Positions 15,559 to 27,944 of a stretch of 64,000 nt of DNA are shown here, piece after piece. Positions within the stretch are counted from its first letter, which is position 1, and each line of letters opens with the position of its first letter. Source of the stretch: Octopus vulgaris (taxonomy: Eukaryota); NCBI GenBank assembly GCA_951406725.2, contig OX597840.1, forward strand, positions 9,300,001-9,364,000. Direction: 5' to 3'. The notes under the pieces are model-generated. The model saw only the letters and a list, made by a program, of their open reading frames with translations. It did not search any database and was not told the origin of the DNA. Both the position numbers and the translations under genes were made by a program.

Positions 15559-15847
15559 GTAACCAACAACCAATTGGCAACCGTCAAAAATGCTTGCAAG
15601 AACACACTGATAGTATATTGTAGTAGAGTTCAAACTTTCTTCGATGTTGATGTGTCGACCCTAACAATGTACGACCTAGAAAAACCCTTATATTCTGGAT
15701 TGGTAATGAGCTTGTTTATCTTAAACCTAAATACGCCAATCCCGGTCAGCAAAGGACTGCAAGCAGATTACTGGAAGCAGCATATCATGCCACATGGCCG
15801 GAAGAATTTCTTCATACGCTTAGCAAATCAATTAGAACAGAGGAATG
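15559..15847 (+). CDS. Gene 1 internal exon: C-terminal half of a lysozyme-like invertebrate domain (VTNNQL...DLEKPLYSGL...QADYWKQH)
   Basis: ttttgcag|GTA acceptor (phase 0) and G|gtaagt donor (phase 1). Open frame. Continues naturally from the ...GGIWR end of the paralogous first exon at 57204-57431. Confidence 0.85.
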
Positions 15848-16097
15848 GTAAGTAGAGATATTGTTTAGAATCCTACGTTAGATATTTGTCATGTGAAAAC
15901 CTGGACAGAGGGAACAGGCATTGAGGTACAAATAGCAAATTTATTCAGAGTCTGATCACGCAATGTGGTATTTTGGGCAAGTAAATGTCTTTGAGAATAG
16001 CTTCGAGTTGACCCTGGAAAAGGAATTTCCGAGATGGAAACTGTGCCACAGCGTATGGGATGTCAAGCATCCAAGTCCGCCGGTGCAGTCCAATTAA

Positions 16098-16129
<32 letters not shown>

Positions 16130-16134
<5 letters not shown>

Positions 16135-18985
16135 AAAAAATGAAGTTCGAAAATGCTGCTATATTATACAATTTTAAATTTTTATATATACATTATAACA
16201 TGTTTCAGTTTCTGAAATGAACCTTATCAAAAAAGGTTATATATAAAAAAAGACAGCTCATGCCATCAAACACAAGAAATTCATTTATAATACACAACGG
16301 AGTCAGACATCTTAAAGTTCATATATAGTTTGAAGTAAGTTCATTCATGCTATATGTTTAAAGTGTTCGATGCAGTGGCCCACGGTGGCGATACGTATTC
16401 AATACAAAAAAACAGATCAAAGTGGTGGAATGCAGTCAATACAGAAGATTGATGTTGCCGAAAGAGCGAGGAATTCATTTTTACCTTGAGCAATTGTGAT
16501 AACCCATGGTGGGTGTTCGCTGGGTGATTCTGGCGAGTCTTGTGAATTGTTCGGGTTTTATAATGCCTGTAAGGTGGTCAGTCCAGCGTAACGTGACGTC
16601 ATCATCGTTTTGACCAATCGTTTCGTTAGGTGGCTTAGTCAAGCAGAACGGGACGTCATCAACATTCTGACCAATCGTGACCTATCGCTGTATTATAACT
16701 GCCTCTTGTCTGTTTCCTGTTTTGACCAGTCGTTTCGTTAGGTGGCTTAGTCAAGCAGAACGGGACGTCATCAAGATTCTGACCAATCACGACTTATAGC
16801 TGTATTAGATCTGCCCCTTGTCTGTATCTTGTTAGGTGACTAGTCAAGCAGAAAAGGACGTCATCAATATTCTGACTAATCTCTGCCCCTTGTTTGTATC
16901 CTGTCCATTCTAGCAGAACTAGACGTCATCAACGTGTTGACCAATCAGAATCGGGTCTGACCCTTAGCTGTATCGTATGTGGTCAGTCCATCAGGGTTAG
17001 ATTTGTACGAAGAGATCTTTTTATAAATTTTTTTCCCTTTTTTACTAAGGCATATTTCCGTCAGTGCGAGTGACTGTTTAAGGTAGCGGCCGTGGTGGAA
17101 TTTTGCTTCTCCTTTTCGGAGGACCTATCTTTTGTTTTAATATTCCTGGCCCAGGGTGTTTAAACTTGGTCTAAATTTTTTTATGAAATACAGTTCTTTA
17201 TTTTGGCGTTGCGTGAAGGTTGCGTTGTCACTGAATTTATAGAGCGGGTTAGTTGTAAATTTCGGATTTACATTTCCAGCACATATATCTATGTATCCGC
17301 TGACCGGTATTTTGCGGTAATCAGGGTTTCTAATTTGTGATTTATGCACCGCCATCCTGTTACGTAAGCTATTTTTTGTATGGCCTATATACTGCCTATT
17401 GCAGCCTGCGCATGTTATGACGTAAATTAAGTTTTCTGATGCGCAGGTGAAGTTTGTTCTAATGGTGAACTGGTGGCCTTGTTCCAGTATAAATTCTGAT
17501 CCTTCTTTCAAGATGACACAGATTCCGCAGTTGGGCCTTCCACATTTTCTAACTGCTGGTTTTGTGGTTGATGTTGAGTGCAGTGTAGCTTGGGTTAAAA
17601 TCCTTTTCAAGGATTTTGGTTGCCGTTTACTTTTAATGATGGTGTGTGTTTCGAGGATCCGGTTCATCTTTGGGTCTCCTTTAGTAGGGCTGTGCTTTGT
17701 AGTATGGTGTTGAAGGCCTCATTGTTGAGTGGGTTGTGTGTAGAGATGTAGGGAAGGGTTTTTAATTGTTCTTTCTTTTTTGGTTTTGTTTGTCTCAGGT
17801 CTTCTATACTTAATTTAAGTACCCGTTGGATTGCACTGTCTATTAGGGGCTGTGGATAGTTTCTATTTGTGAGTGTGGTTCTAAGTTCCTGGAGACGTGT
17901 GTGTCGGGTGTTTGTGTCTGATATTATGGTGCACATCCTTCTAGCTAAACAAAAAGGGACATTCATTCTAGTGTGTCGTGGGTGGCATGAATCAAAGGGT
18001 AGGTACTGTTTGGAGTCTGTCGGTTTATAGTAGATATCTGTCTCTATTTTGTTGCCGGTTTTCTTAATGAGGATGTCTAAAAATGGTAATTCTTTTTCGT
18101 TGTGGTCCATCGTGAATTGTATATTGTCATTTATTCCATTTAATAGTTTTTTTAATTCCTCAAGTTTCTCTATACCTTTGTCCCAGATGATGAAACAGTC
18201 ATCGAGGTATCTTTTCCAGTTGTTATGGATATAGGTGGCGAAGGTGTTTCCATATTTCTCGAGTGTTATCCGGTATAGTATTTTCTCGAGGTATCCCATC
18301 ACTAGGTTGACAAAAGATGGTGCAGTACGCGTGCCCATCGCTGTTCCCGATCTTTGTCTGTAGAAATCATTGTCAAAAATAAAATAATTGTTCTCTAAAA
18401 TGAATCTAAGTCCTTCTATTATAAGGTCTTTGTTTATGCGAGTTGGGAGTTCAAAGGGGTAGTTATTCAGCCAGAAGGTGATCGCTTCTATTCCTAGGTT
18501 GTGAGGGATGTTAGAATAAAGATTAACTACGTCGAATGATACTAGAAGGGTTTTCTCATTGACTGTTTTAGGGAGGTGGTTGAGCATATCTATATCGTCT
18601 CTTACGTAGCTTTTGATGTGTTTTAGGAAAGGTTTAAGAAGTGTGTCTAAGAAATTGCTGAGGCGGTGAGTTTCACATGCTGGCCCTGCTATTATCGGTC
18701 TTAGTTTAAGATCATTTGGTGAAGGGATTTTGATGAGTATGTCGGTGGATGTTTTGCACGTTTCTCTAATTATTTGGCTTTTGTGTACCTTAGGGATACC
18801 ATAGAACAAACTCGATTTGCATTTGAAGTTAGTGATGTATTCATACTCCTTGTTCGTGAGTCCTTCTTGGTATGTGTTGATTAATGTCCTAAGGTTATGC
18901 ATTATTTTTTGCTGATTATACTGTTGGGCCCTTTCATAATACGTTTCATCTCTTAATAGGGATAGCACTAAATTTTTATAATCGT
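16130..18985 (-). mobile_element. 5'-truncated Penelope-like element (Neptune-type), frameshifted
   Basis: RT ORF 17664-18968 (FDVVNLY, GTAMG, RYLDD, FLD, SCHP) is frameshifted into 17137-17667 (CGRPNCGIC linker, LIY..YIG GIY-YIG). Bounded by (TA)n. Confidence 0.88.
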
Positions 18986-19311
18986 TTGTATATATATATA
19001 TAGGCGTAGGAGTGCTGTGTGGTAAGTAGCTATAGGCGTAGGAGTGGCTGTGTGGTAAGTAGCTTGCTTACCAACCACAGGGTTCCGGATTCAGTCCCAC
19101 TGCGTCGAACTTTGGGTAAGTGTCTTCTACTATAGCCTCGGGCCGACCAAAGCCTTGTGAGTGGATTTGGTAGACGGAAACTGAAAGAAGCCCGTAGTAT
19201 ATATGTATATATATACGGGAAGGTTTACGAAAATAAACAAAAGACGAAGGCAGGTGGAGTACAAACAAACAAATGTATCAGTATGGCGCTCAGGAATAGA
19301 AATAGAACAAG

Positions 19312-19349
19312 TCTTTTACGTTTCGAGCCTACGCTCTTCGTCAGAAAGA
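19312..19349 (-). ncRNA. Minimal hammerhead ribozyme motif
   Basis: TCTTT-CTGACGA-A-GAGC gtag GCTC-GAAA-CG-TA-AAAGA. Confidence 0.8.
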
Positions 19350-19554
19350 TACACAGAAGAAAAAAACAAAAAAATAATATATGAGAAAAATAAAATGAAA
19401 AAAATGAAAACGAAAGGGACAGAACCAATACTTATTCTACAAATTGTTTCCATTAAGTTTCCTTTTTCGGTCTCTAGGAATTTATCTCAAACTATTTCTT
19501 CTATTAATGAAAAGAAATTATCCAGTTTTTATCTTCGAGATAATTTGGTTAATA

Positions 19555-20117
19555 TTGGGTTGTCCGGAAAGTTCGTGCCGATTTTTAAAGGAAAGAAAAA
19601 GGTCAATAAATACTTGCCATTACATTTTAATCAACCGAATATGAACCATTTTGTTGAACAATGCGTCTCCATCTTTCCTTTAACTTGAAAATACCCTCTT
19701 TCCAGAATTGAGGTGGTTTCATGGCAAAGAATTCATCAAGGTATCTTTTTACGTCATCCAAGGAATTGAAATTTTTACCATTAAGACTATTCTGCAGACC
19801 TGAATAAATGGAAATCTGAAGGAGCAATATCTGGTGAATATGGAGGGTGGGGTAACACATCCCAGCCGAGCTGCAGCAATTTTTGTCTGGTTCTCAAAGC
19901 ATCAAGTGCCGAACATGAACTTTCTTATCTTCCATTTTAAAGGGTCACAGAATTAACTCAGGTTATAGGAACATAAACCTTCTTCCACGAAAAGATAGCT
20001 TAAACTGTGCTCTAAATGGAGGTGTAGTCAAATCCTATTTTATGGACTCAACCATGTTCTAAAATGAGTCGAAAGGTAAGCTACTATAAATCGGCACGAA
20101 CTTTCCGGACAACCCAA
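19555..20117 (-). mobile_element. Same mariner family, different deletion retaining the C-terminal catalytic end
   Basis: Identical TIRs, TA TSDs, HPPYSPDIAPSD-like and LQNSL..FF..GIFKLKERW segments. Confidence 0.92.
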
Positions 20118-20450
20118 TATTTGGAGCTTACCCACCGCATTACGGTGGTTTCCTTTTAAGTCAATGAAAGTTGTGATAGAGACACTGAGTACTTGCACCT
20201 GAGGTGGAATGTTAGGTGGAGGGTACGGAAAATCTTTCGGTGTGATGTTGGTATTTTCATGTACATATTTCATTAGGGCTTCGTTGTTTGTGTTGATTGC
20301 AGTGAGCTTCACTATTGTTTTCGATGGTGGTTTTTGTACGTGAAATTTTGCTCCTTCAGGCAAGTGGATTATACCTGGAATACTTTCTAATTAGCCTGGA
20401 TTAAAAGTTCTAGACCCTGTCCACACTAGTTTTGTTGGTGTAGTTTATTT

Positions 20451-20833
20451 ATCTGTAGTATATCGATGTTTTCTTCGTTATTAAGCACGACGGCCGCCAC
20501 CACCCAAAGGACGTCAGTCTCAGGGGGTACCTCTCCAATCTTTATTTTTGATACTCGCCGTCCGAGGTACGTCGGCAGGATAAAGCTATTAAGCCTAACA
20601 GTCTGTAGTATATCGATGTTTTCTTCGTTATTAAGCACGACGGCCGCCACCACCCAAAGGACGTCAGTCTCAGGGGGTACCTCTCCAATCTTTATTTTTG
20701 ATACTCGCCGTCCGAGGTACGTCGGCAGGATAAAGCTATTAAGCTTAACAGTCTGTAGTATATCGATGTTTTCCCCGTTATTAAGCACGACGGCCGCCAC
20801 CACCCAAAGGATGTCAGTCTCAGGGGGTACCTC
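20451..20833 (-). repeat. 150-bp tandem repeat (~2.5 units) in a LINE-ORF1-like fragment also present at 2850-3335 (+)
   Basis: ILPTYLGRRVSKIKIGEVPPETDVLWVVAAVVL unit repeated at a 150-bp period. Confidence 0.8.
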
Positions 20834-21899
20834 ATCATTAATATTGGACATCCGTTTACCATGCTGGCATGAGTTGGACGGTTTCAGAGGATACAGTCAG
20901 CCTCAGAACTGAATCATGCTCCGTGGTGTCAGCTTTGGTATGATTTCCATAGTGTGATGTCCAACGTAACACCAACCAGTTTACATTGTAGAGTGGGGGG
21001 CGTTTTACATGGTACGTGCACCAGTGGGGTTACCGAGTAACTTGCAAGATAGGAGAGGACAAGAAACAGGGAAAAGGAAGGAAATGGAAAGGTCCTCTCG
21101 ACAAAATTGTAGTGGTGGTGGAGAGGTGGTTTTATGCTGGGGACCAGTAGAGGTGTGTTACTATGGGGAAGATGTATGACTACCCAACATATTTGTAGGG
21201 AGGGTGGAAATATCTGGGTGAAAGGTAAGATAGTAGTAATGGGGTACCAAAGCAAAGCCCTCAAGGGGCAAGAAATGGTTCAGACTGACGATGAAAGGGT
21301 GGGGAGTATAGTGATAAGGGTGTAAAGGGAGAGTACCAGATGCTTAGAGATAGGCGTAGAGGTGTGATGGATAGGAGGGTAGGTGCAGCTTCGTGGGAAA
21401 TATCACTATGGACTGTGGGAGGGAAGATGAGAGAGATGAGAGTGACCCAGGGCTGATAGTTCAAAGGGTGGAGGATGATGAGCAAGGTGGAGGGGGAGAA
21501 TTAGGGGTAGATCAGGGTCAGCTATAGTGGGTGGGTGTGGTGGAAGACATGAAAGGGTGCTGGGAATGAGAGTCAATATGAGAGGCATTAAGGTAAAGAA
21601 GAGGAGGAGGAGGCTGGAAAAGGAGGAAGAAAGGCTGGAAAAGGATTGAAGGGATGAGAATGAGGGGTGGAAGCTGGGGGAGGTGTAGAGGATGGAAAGC
21701 AGTAACGAGTGATAAGGGTGATGGAGGGGCGGTTGTAGGTGTTGGAGGGCGATGAGTTGTGAAGGATACTTGAGAGAGAAGTATGGGTATCAGACAGTTC
21801 CTGGCAAGTACAAACACAAACAAAATCTTTTTAGGACCCCATATAGACAGACCTTTTGAAGCAGAGTTAATCACCAATTGTCATTTGTCATCTCCTTCA

Positions 21900-23210
21900 C
21901 AAGACTCAACATCTTGAGATCAGCCATCACTACTTCATCTCATGGCTCTTTTCTTTCCTCAAGTTCCATCTAATTTAAGCGAGAGCCACTTCTTTTTCCA
22001 ACTGTTTTTATCTATACACATCACACGTCCAAACCAACACAGTCTTCTCTTTTCCTACATCTCATGTCTCTTCTCCTCACCCAAGTTCCATCCATTTTGA
22101 GCGACAGCCTCATCTTTATGCTGCTGCATTCATCCATACACATCACAAGACTAAACAAAACACACTCCCCTCTTTTGCACATCTCATATCTCTTCATCTT
22201 CCGCAAGTTCCATCCATTTTAGACAACAGCATCTTCTTTATACAACTGTATTCAGCCATATACAAGACTAAACATAACACACTCCCCTCTTTTCCACATG
22301 TCTCTTCTTTTTCCACAAGTTCCATCCATTTTAAGTGATGGCCACATCTTTATGCACCTGCTTTCATCGAAAAACATCACATGTCCAAACCAACACACTC
22401 CCCTCTTTTCCACACCTCATGTCTCTTCTCCTTCCACAAGTTCCATCCATTTTAAGTGATGGCCACTTCTTTATGCAACTGTCTTCATCCACATGCACAG
22501 TCCCTTCTTTTCCACATCTCATGTCTCTTCTCCTTCTGCAAGTTCCATCCATTTTTGACGACAGCCTCTTCTTTATACAACTGTATTCAGCCATATACAT
22601 CACATGTCCAAACTAATAAAGTCCTCTCTTTCCCATGTCTCTTCTTCAACATGTTCCATCCATTTTGAGTGACAGCCACTTCTTTATGCAACTGTCTTCA
22701 TTCATACACATCACATGCCCAAACTAACACAGTACCTCCTTTCCTACATCTCATGTTTCTTCTACTTCCACATGTTCCATCCATTTTAAGTGATAGCCAC
22801 TTCTTTATGCTACTCTCTTCATCAATACACATCACATGTCCAAACCATCACAGTTCCCTCTTTACCACATCTCATGTCTCTTCTCTCACAATTCCATCTA
22901 GTTTAAGCGACAGCCACTTCTTTATGCAACTGTCTTCATCCATACACATCACATGTCCAAACCAACACAGTCGTCTCTTTTCCACACTCCCTATAATGCC
23001 TAATTTTTTCTCAATACACAAGCACTTTATCATACATGCACACTGATGTTGAACATCCAACAGAGCATACTAACTTCATTCCTCTCTAGTCTTCGCATGT
23101 CCTTTTCATTCATGGCCCATTTTTCACTACCATGTAGCATTGCTCTTCATCCACAAAAATCTTACAATCTGCATTTTTATGCAGAGAGACCTTTTGTTGC
23201 CCGTAAGTGT
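21900..23210 (-). repeat. RTE 3' fragment with its ~120-bp C-terminal segment tandemly amplified
   Basis: RRLCWFGHVMCMDEDSCIKK-like unit recurs repeatedly (ttccatccatttt..cacatcacatgtccaaac). Confidence 0.7.
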
Positions 23211-23344
23211 AATGGCTCTGAATTTTCTCCATCCTATTTTTATTCTTGCAGCTGTAATTTAAAAACAATCAAATGCATAAATTTAATAAGAATTATATAT
23301 TTACAGACCTGTAAACATAAGTTTGTTTTAAATATTTTTTCCAG

Positions 23345-23902
23345 ATTGCGCCAGTGCCCAGATCGACCTTGTTTTCGTTATTGATTCATCCGGAAGTGTT
23401 AAAGAGCATAACTTTAATAAGACAAAAATCTTCTTGCAAAATATTGTGCGTAATCTAGACATTGGTCCAGACAAGACACGTGTTGCAGTGATTAGATTTT
23501 CAAGTTTACCTGATGTATCATTTTCCTTAAGCGCCCACACTACGAACTCTGCAGTAAGAAAGGCTATTGACGCTATACATTTTCAATGTGGCCGTACTGC
23601 TACGGACAAAGCTCTTGACGAAGTACGTACCAGTGTCTTTACAAATAAAAGAAAATCGGTTGCTGCAAAAGTTTTAGTTTTGGTCACAGATGGAAAGTCA
23701 AGTAGTGAAACGAGAACAGTAGCGGCAGCTCAGAAACTGAAAGATGACGGCGTCACTATATTTACAATTGGAGTTGTCAATCCAAAAGTGTCTGAGTTAA
23801 CTGCATCAGCAAGTGAACCCAGTTGTACACATTTCATCAACTTGAAAGATTATAATGAGATTGGTTTTATTGTGAAGGAAATTGAATCTGATTCCTGTAA
23901 AG
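23345..23902 (+). CDS. Gene 1 exon: von Willebrand factor A (VWA) domain
   Basis: ttccag|AT acceptor (phase 1). IDLVFVIDSSGSV (DxSxS), GRTAT and VLVLVTDG give an intact MIDAS. G|gtaagt donor. Confidence 0.95.
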
Positions 23903-24154
23903 GTAAGTCTGCCGTCTAATAATTGTCATTATCTGTGGTGGTGGTAAGCGGCGAGCTGGCAGAATCGTTAGCACACCGGGCGAGATGCCTATCTGTATTT
24001 CGTCTACCACTATGTTCTGAGCTCAAATTCTGCCGAGGTCGACTTTGCCTTTTCATCCTTTCGGGGTCGATTAAATAAGTACAAGTTATGCACTGGGTTC
24101 GATGTAATCGACTTAATCCCTTTGTCTATGTTTAGCCCCCCATGGGCAATAAAG

Positions 24155-24230
<76 letters not shown>

Positions 24231-24240
24231 TATATATATA

Positions 24241-24285
<45 letters not shown>

Positions 24286-24532
24286 CACTGAAGAAGGGGA
24301 ATATTCCTTCTGCTGTATTGTCTTGTACTCCGTTTTTCGTTGTTTGAAAAAAATGTCTTCGTTTCTCATTGTGTTCAACGTTTTCTAGTGTCCTGTACCT
24401 ATATATGCATGTATATATGCATATAGATGTAGGTATGTACATATATGTATGTATATATACGTATGTTTATATATTATTTATGTTATTATATGATCTAACG
24501 CCACGCATCCATTTCCAAGTAAGTTATATCTG

Positions 24533-24607
<75 letters not shown>

Positions 24608-24624
24608 GTCTATTCGTCTGTCTG

Positions 24625-24666
<42 letters not shown>

Positions 24667-25074
24667 CATATATATATACAGTATATATGTGTGTGTATGT
24701 GTGTGTGTGTATACATATATATATGTATACTTTTTATCTTATATTAAACTTTTTAATACTTTTTGATAGTTATATATATTTGATAAAAAAATTTATTAAA
24801 CAAATAAATAATTAAATAAATTATATATATATATATATATAAATTTATAAAAATATATTAATAATTTCAAATTTTTAACTTGAAGTTTAAATAATTTAAA
24901 TTTTAAATTTGTATTTTATATATTTTGTATATTTTATTAATTATTTTTATTTCTATGTTTTGGTTCATGGTTTTCACTGTTTGATTTGCCTAATAGTAGT
25001 TTTATCTCTAATTTAATTTATACATACATACATACATACATACATACATACATACATAATACATACATACATAC

Positions 25075-25108
<34 letters not shown>

Positions 25109-25331
25109 CTGTAAAGCTGTAAAGTTACTTCCCTAAGTATGTATATACATGCAATACGTCCCCTCGTGGGGCTTCTAAATGTCATTTCTATCATGATGAG
25201 CAGGTTTTTATAAACTTGTATCCCCAGGTATCCCTCTTCTTCGCCATTTCCTCTAAGGGACTCATATATTTATATTATATTTAGTTTAACTGCTATGTTG
25301 TGCCTCCTTCAACGTCACCTTCTGTTTCCAG

Positions 25332-25456
25332 CTCCGACCGTTGTTGAGGAACACACTCAGTTACGTAAAAACGCCATTCCCAAAACCAACGAGACAAAAC
25401 AACAAGTCCTGCAGATGACCAACACGACAAAGTCCGCCTTGGATACAACAGTTGTG
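25332..25456 (+). CDS. Gene 1 exon A1 (repeat module, APTVVEEHTQLR...TTVV)
   Basis: tttccag|CT acceptor, GTG|gtaaga donor, phase 1->0, 125 nt, near-identical to 29918-30042. Confidence 0.85.
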
Positions 25457-26298
25457 GTAAGACGAATATTCTAGAACTACATCAACTGAATTGTGGTTTT
25501 CTATTTTTATGGAGGATTGGGAAAGAAGGGACAGTGCCCATAAACCTCTCGGTCCTTCCAGGACTAGGTGGTCACATCCTAATTATTGATTTTGGGACAT
25601 TTATGGCTGCAAGATAAATGTGGGCAATGGAGGGAATTCTGAAGAGAGGATTAACATTGGTGGGGAGAAAGGATTGGGTATAGCTAGTTCTGAGAAGACA
25701 ACGTTGTAGTAACGGTAGAATAGATAACAGGAGGCGTAAGAGTGGCTATGTGGTAAGTAGCTTGCTTACCAGCCACAGGGTTCTGGGTTCAATCCCACTG
25801 CGTGGCATCTTGAGCAAGTATCTTCTACTATAGTCTCGGGCCAACGAAAGCCTTGTGAGTGGATATGGTAGACGGAAACTGAAAGAAGCCCGTCGTATAT
25901 ATGTATATATGTATGTGTGTGTGTATGTTTGTGTGTCTGTGTTTGTCCCCCTAGCATTGCTTGACAACCGATGCTGGTGTGTTTATGTCTCCGTCACTTA
26001 GCGGCAAAAGACGCCAATAGAATAAGTACAAGGCTTGCAAAGAATAAGTCCTCGGGTCGATTTGCTCGACTAAAGGCGGTGCCCCAGCATGGCCACAGTC
26101 AAATGACTGAAACAAGTAAAAGAGTAAAAGAGGAGGAGACAGTGGGTTTATGGAACAAGGTTTGGACACCATTTCTAAAGGAATTATTCAGATGAAATCA
26201 GGGACACCGTACATGTTATACCATTTTTGCTATCTCCAGGTTAGTGTCCAGTTTGATGTGGTCACTCTGTATATTATATCTGTTGTTATTTTCTACAG

Positions 26299-26533
26299 GT
26301 GAAGGTCCAGTGTGGTGTGGTCACTGTATATGCTTCATTTCACAACAGTTATCCCAATGAAGCCGACTACGACTACAAGACTTCGGCAACTGACTATCAG
26401 CCAGGCAAATTATTTCTTGCAGAAGAATCAGAACTTAATAAACTTGCCCTGACTGTCCTTTCCAAAACTCGATTTGATCTCAATACCTCAGCCTGTGACA
26501 ATCCTTCCTATGACATCTACATGAACCCAATAG
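26299..26533 (+). CDS. Gene 1 exon B1 (VKVQCGVVTVYASF...YPNEADYDYKT...ACDNPSY)
   Basis: ctacag|GTG acceptor, G|gtaagc donor, phase 0->1, 235 nt. Paralogous to 30731-30965 and 35749-35986. Confidence 0.88.
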
Positions 26534-26639
26534 GTAAGCTAGTTCGTTTTCTTTTAAACATTGTTCTATAATCATTATGCCTTTAAAGCTGGGACAGTGG
26601 ATTATGGAATAAGCAGAACCCTTTAGCATTTGAACTGAC

Positions 26640-26990
26640 CAAATGATGAAATGCTAAAGAACATTCCTGGGGATGTCTATGTATATAAGTCTATCGATAC
26701 AACTCCTGACCCAGAGGACGTCATCAACTATCCAATAGAGGTACTCAATTCCTTTGAGCCCCCCGGACTACCACCACACATTCTCAAACTTAAAGTTGGT
26801 GCCCCTATAATGCTCATTAGAAATTTGGTTCCCCCAAAACAATGCAATGGCACACGTTTGATCGTTAAGTCCTTATCTCCCACAGTAAACTTATATCAAT
26901 ATTTGCCTGAATAATCATCATAATTCAGTGCAATCATTAACAGTACTTTCAAGCAATTCAGCCCCGAGCATCGCCGGGCAATTCTGCTAG
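26640..26990 (+). mobile_element. Helitron fragment: PIF1 helicase piece + 3' hairpin/CTAG end
   Basis: GLPPHILKLKVGAPIMLIRNL..CNGTRL, then gccccgagcatcgccgggc hairpin and CTAG. Confidence 0.85.
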
Positions 26991-27944
26991 TAAGAAATAA
27001 AAAATATTTTTATAAAACATATAACTAGATCACAAAAAGTATAAAAGTGAATAATCAATATATAATAAGTAAAAATACTACGTACGTTTCGTGGATATAA
27101 TTAAATTCGAAATACAATTAAATTTAAATTTAATTGAAATGAATTCAATTTAAAATTATAGTCAATCTTCAGGTTAACAATAATAGTTAAATAAATAAGC
27201 AAATAGAGTTAAACAATATTCATTTAAAAAAATAAATATAATAATGATTTTTCTAATAGAAGAAACCCCATTAACTAAAATTGAAATCTAAAACATTCGG
27301 ATCAGTTTCCTACAATACATTTATTATGTTAAATATTTAAGGTAAAAAAAAATAGAGTAAATAGATTGAAAAATGTATTTATCTGTGAAGATATAATTTA
27401 GCTTAAAAAAACATTAATAAACTATAGAATATCTTTAACCTAGTTATACTCTAATATTTAATTATCAAACTATTTAGCAAAACAATCATTATTAATATTT
27501 TTAGATTTTAGTTCGCATATATTAATTATAAAATAATAACACATAAAAATAAGTATCTAAATCATAATCAACAAATATAGTAATTATAAATCTATATTTT
27601 TTATATAAATAAACACAAACATATAACCAATAAATAAATTAGTCCATTATTACTTACATAAGTATTATAGCTATATTTAGAAAATATTTATGAAATACAA
27701 ATTAAGAATTGAAAAATTCCAAATTAAAAACGTATAACCTGTCTTTATAATATACTTATTATTACTATTATTAAATGTAATAGTACTAGATACATAAAAT
27801 GACTAGAAATATAATAAGAAACTCATAGTTAATTAAATAAATGTTCATATCTAAGTTATCATTAACAAATTAAAAATTATAAATTTATATTTAACAATCA
27901 AGAATTATATAGAGTACAATAATATTTCTTAAATAAAAAAAGTT

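Noticed and set aside
20930-21800. Pro/Leu-rich minus-strand ORFs
   Set aside because: Purine-rich low-complexity region with frequent stops and no recognisable domain.
26651-26914. Host PIF1 helicase exon
   Set aside because: Isolated fragment followed by a Helitron hairpin/CTAG end, with no splice context.
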